A stretch of 32,000 nucleotides of DNA from Kineococcus radiotolerans SRS30216 = ATCC BAA-149 (GTDB taxonomy: Bacteria > Actinomycetota > Actinomycetes > Actinomycetales > Kineococcaceae). The translations under genes and the position numbers were made by a program. The stretch is from positions 2,970,001-3,002,000 of the forward strand of contig NC_009664.2 in assembly GCF_000017305.1 (NCBI RefSeq), in the 5' to 3' direction. The notes under the pieces were generated by a model. That model saw only the letters and a program-made list of their open reading frames with translations, searched no databases and was not told where the DNA came from. Each line of letters starts with the position of its first letter. The first letter of the stretch is position 1. Positions 31,908 through 32,000 of the stretch are shown in pieces.

Positions 31908-32000
31908 AGGACCAGGTACCCGAGGAAGGCCAGCGCGAAGCCGACGAGGCCGATGAGGGTCTCCATGACCGTCCACGTCCGCAGCGTCGTGGGCACGTCC
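31904..32000 (-). CDS. C-terminal 31 codons of a membrane protein, probably a GntP-family gluconate permease; continues past the right edge
   Basis: My own translation gives ...DVPTTLRTWTVMETLIGLVGFALAFLGYLVL*. The hydrophobic C-terminus resembles GntP-family ends, and it is translationally coupled to the gluconokinase. The assignment rests mainly on context. Confidence 0.4.
   Translation of the reverse strand, partial: DVPTTLRTWTVMETLIGLVGFALAFLGYLVL

Noticed and set aside
1-32000. Mobile elements, prophage, CRISPR arrays, tRNA/rRNA genes, defence systems and toxin-antitoxin pairs.
   Set aside because: I saw no transposase, integrase or recombinase motifs and no terminal inverted repeats flanking a block. 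There are no regularly spaced direct repeats. None of the intergenic regions of about 85 bp or more has tRNA-like T-loop or acceptor features. I found no nuclease/helicase/ATPase gene combinations. Composition is uniform apart from the short 21371-21489 gap. This scan was by eye, so small elements could have been missed.

Overview
A 32-kb window of very GC-rich DNA (about 75% by eye) that reads as actinobacterial chromosome. Gene content and abundant CWB2 repeats suggest a Kineococcus-like organism, but I cannot verify that. I support about 33 protein-coding genes, two of them cut by the window edges. I found no rRNA, tRNA, CRISPR array, transposase, integrase or compositional island. Most supplied ORFs longer than 100 aa are Arg/Pro/Gly/Ala-rich shadow frames of real genes, as expected at this GC content, and I rejected them.

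Gene order, left to right:
- Phosphohexomutase (partial), then divergently a COG0523 GTPase, a DrrAB-like ABC pair and a cupin protein.
- Purine nucleoside phosphorylase and a GGCT-like protein, then divergently a cysteine-less LpdA-type flavoprotein.
- A secreted beta-helix protein, then divergently an intramembrane-type HisKA_3 kinase, a NarL-type regulator, a DUF4097 protein and a lipoprotein.
- accA3-like biotin carboxylase, maf, DUF885 and a Tat-lipoprotein siderophore-type binding protein (all minus strand).
- birA, a GtrA-like protein, purK, purE, an S33 aminopeptidase and a secreted S8 subtilase.
- A cell-envelope cluster: LCP, UDP-glucose dehydrogenase, a CWB2-only secreted protein, DUF2304 + GT2, and an ABC exporter.
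- gntP (partial) and gntK.

The backbone (pmmB/deoD/lpdA ... accA3/maf ... birA/purK/purE) matches the conserved mycobacterial Rv3308-Rv3275c neighbourhood, so this is largely core genome. I see no unambiguous new system.

Best leads:
1. The LCP / Ugd / CWB2-only / GT2-DUF2304 / ABC exporter cluster, a possible secondary wall polymer plus anchoring module.
2. The translationally coupled kinase-regulator-DUF4097 operon, with a divergent beta-helix protein and an adjacent lipoprotein.
3. A TANNNT hexamer fixed 6-8 nt upstream of 12 start codons that lack Shine-Dalgarno sequences. Four of these are the identical octamer CCTAGGGT. This looks like a leaderless-mRNA signature and it re-sets several start codons.
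4. A perfect 7-6-7 palindrome in the unusually AT-richer region upstream of the S8 protease.

All family assignments come from motif recognition by eye. No searches were run.
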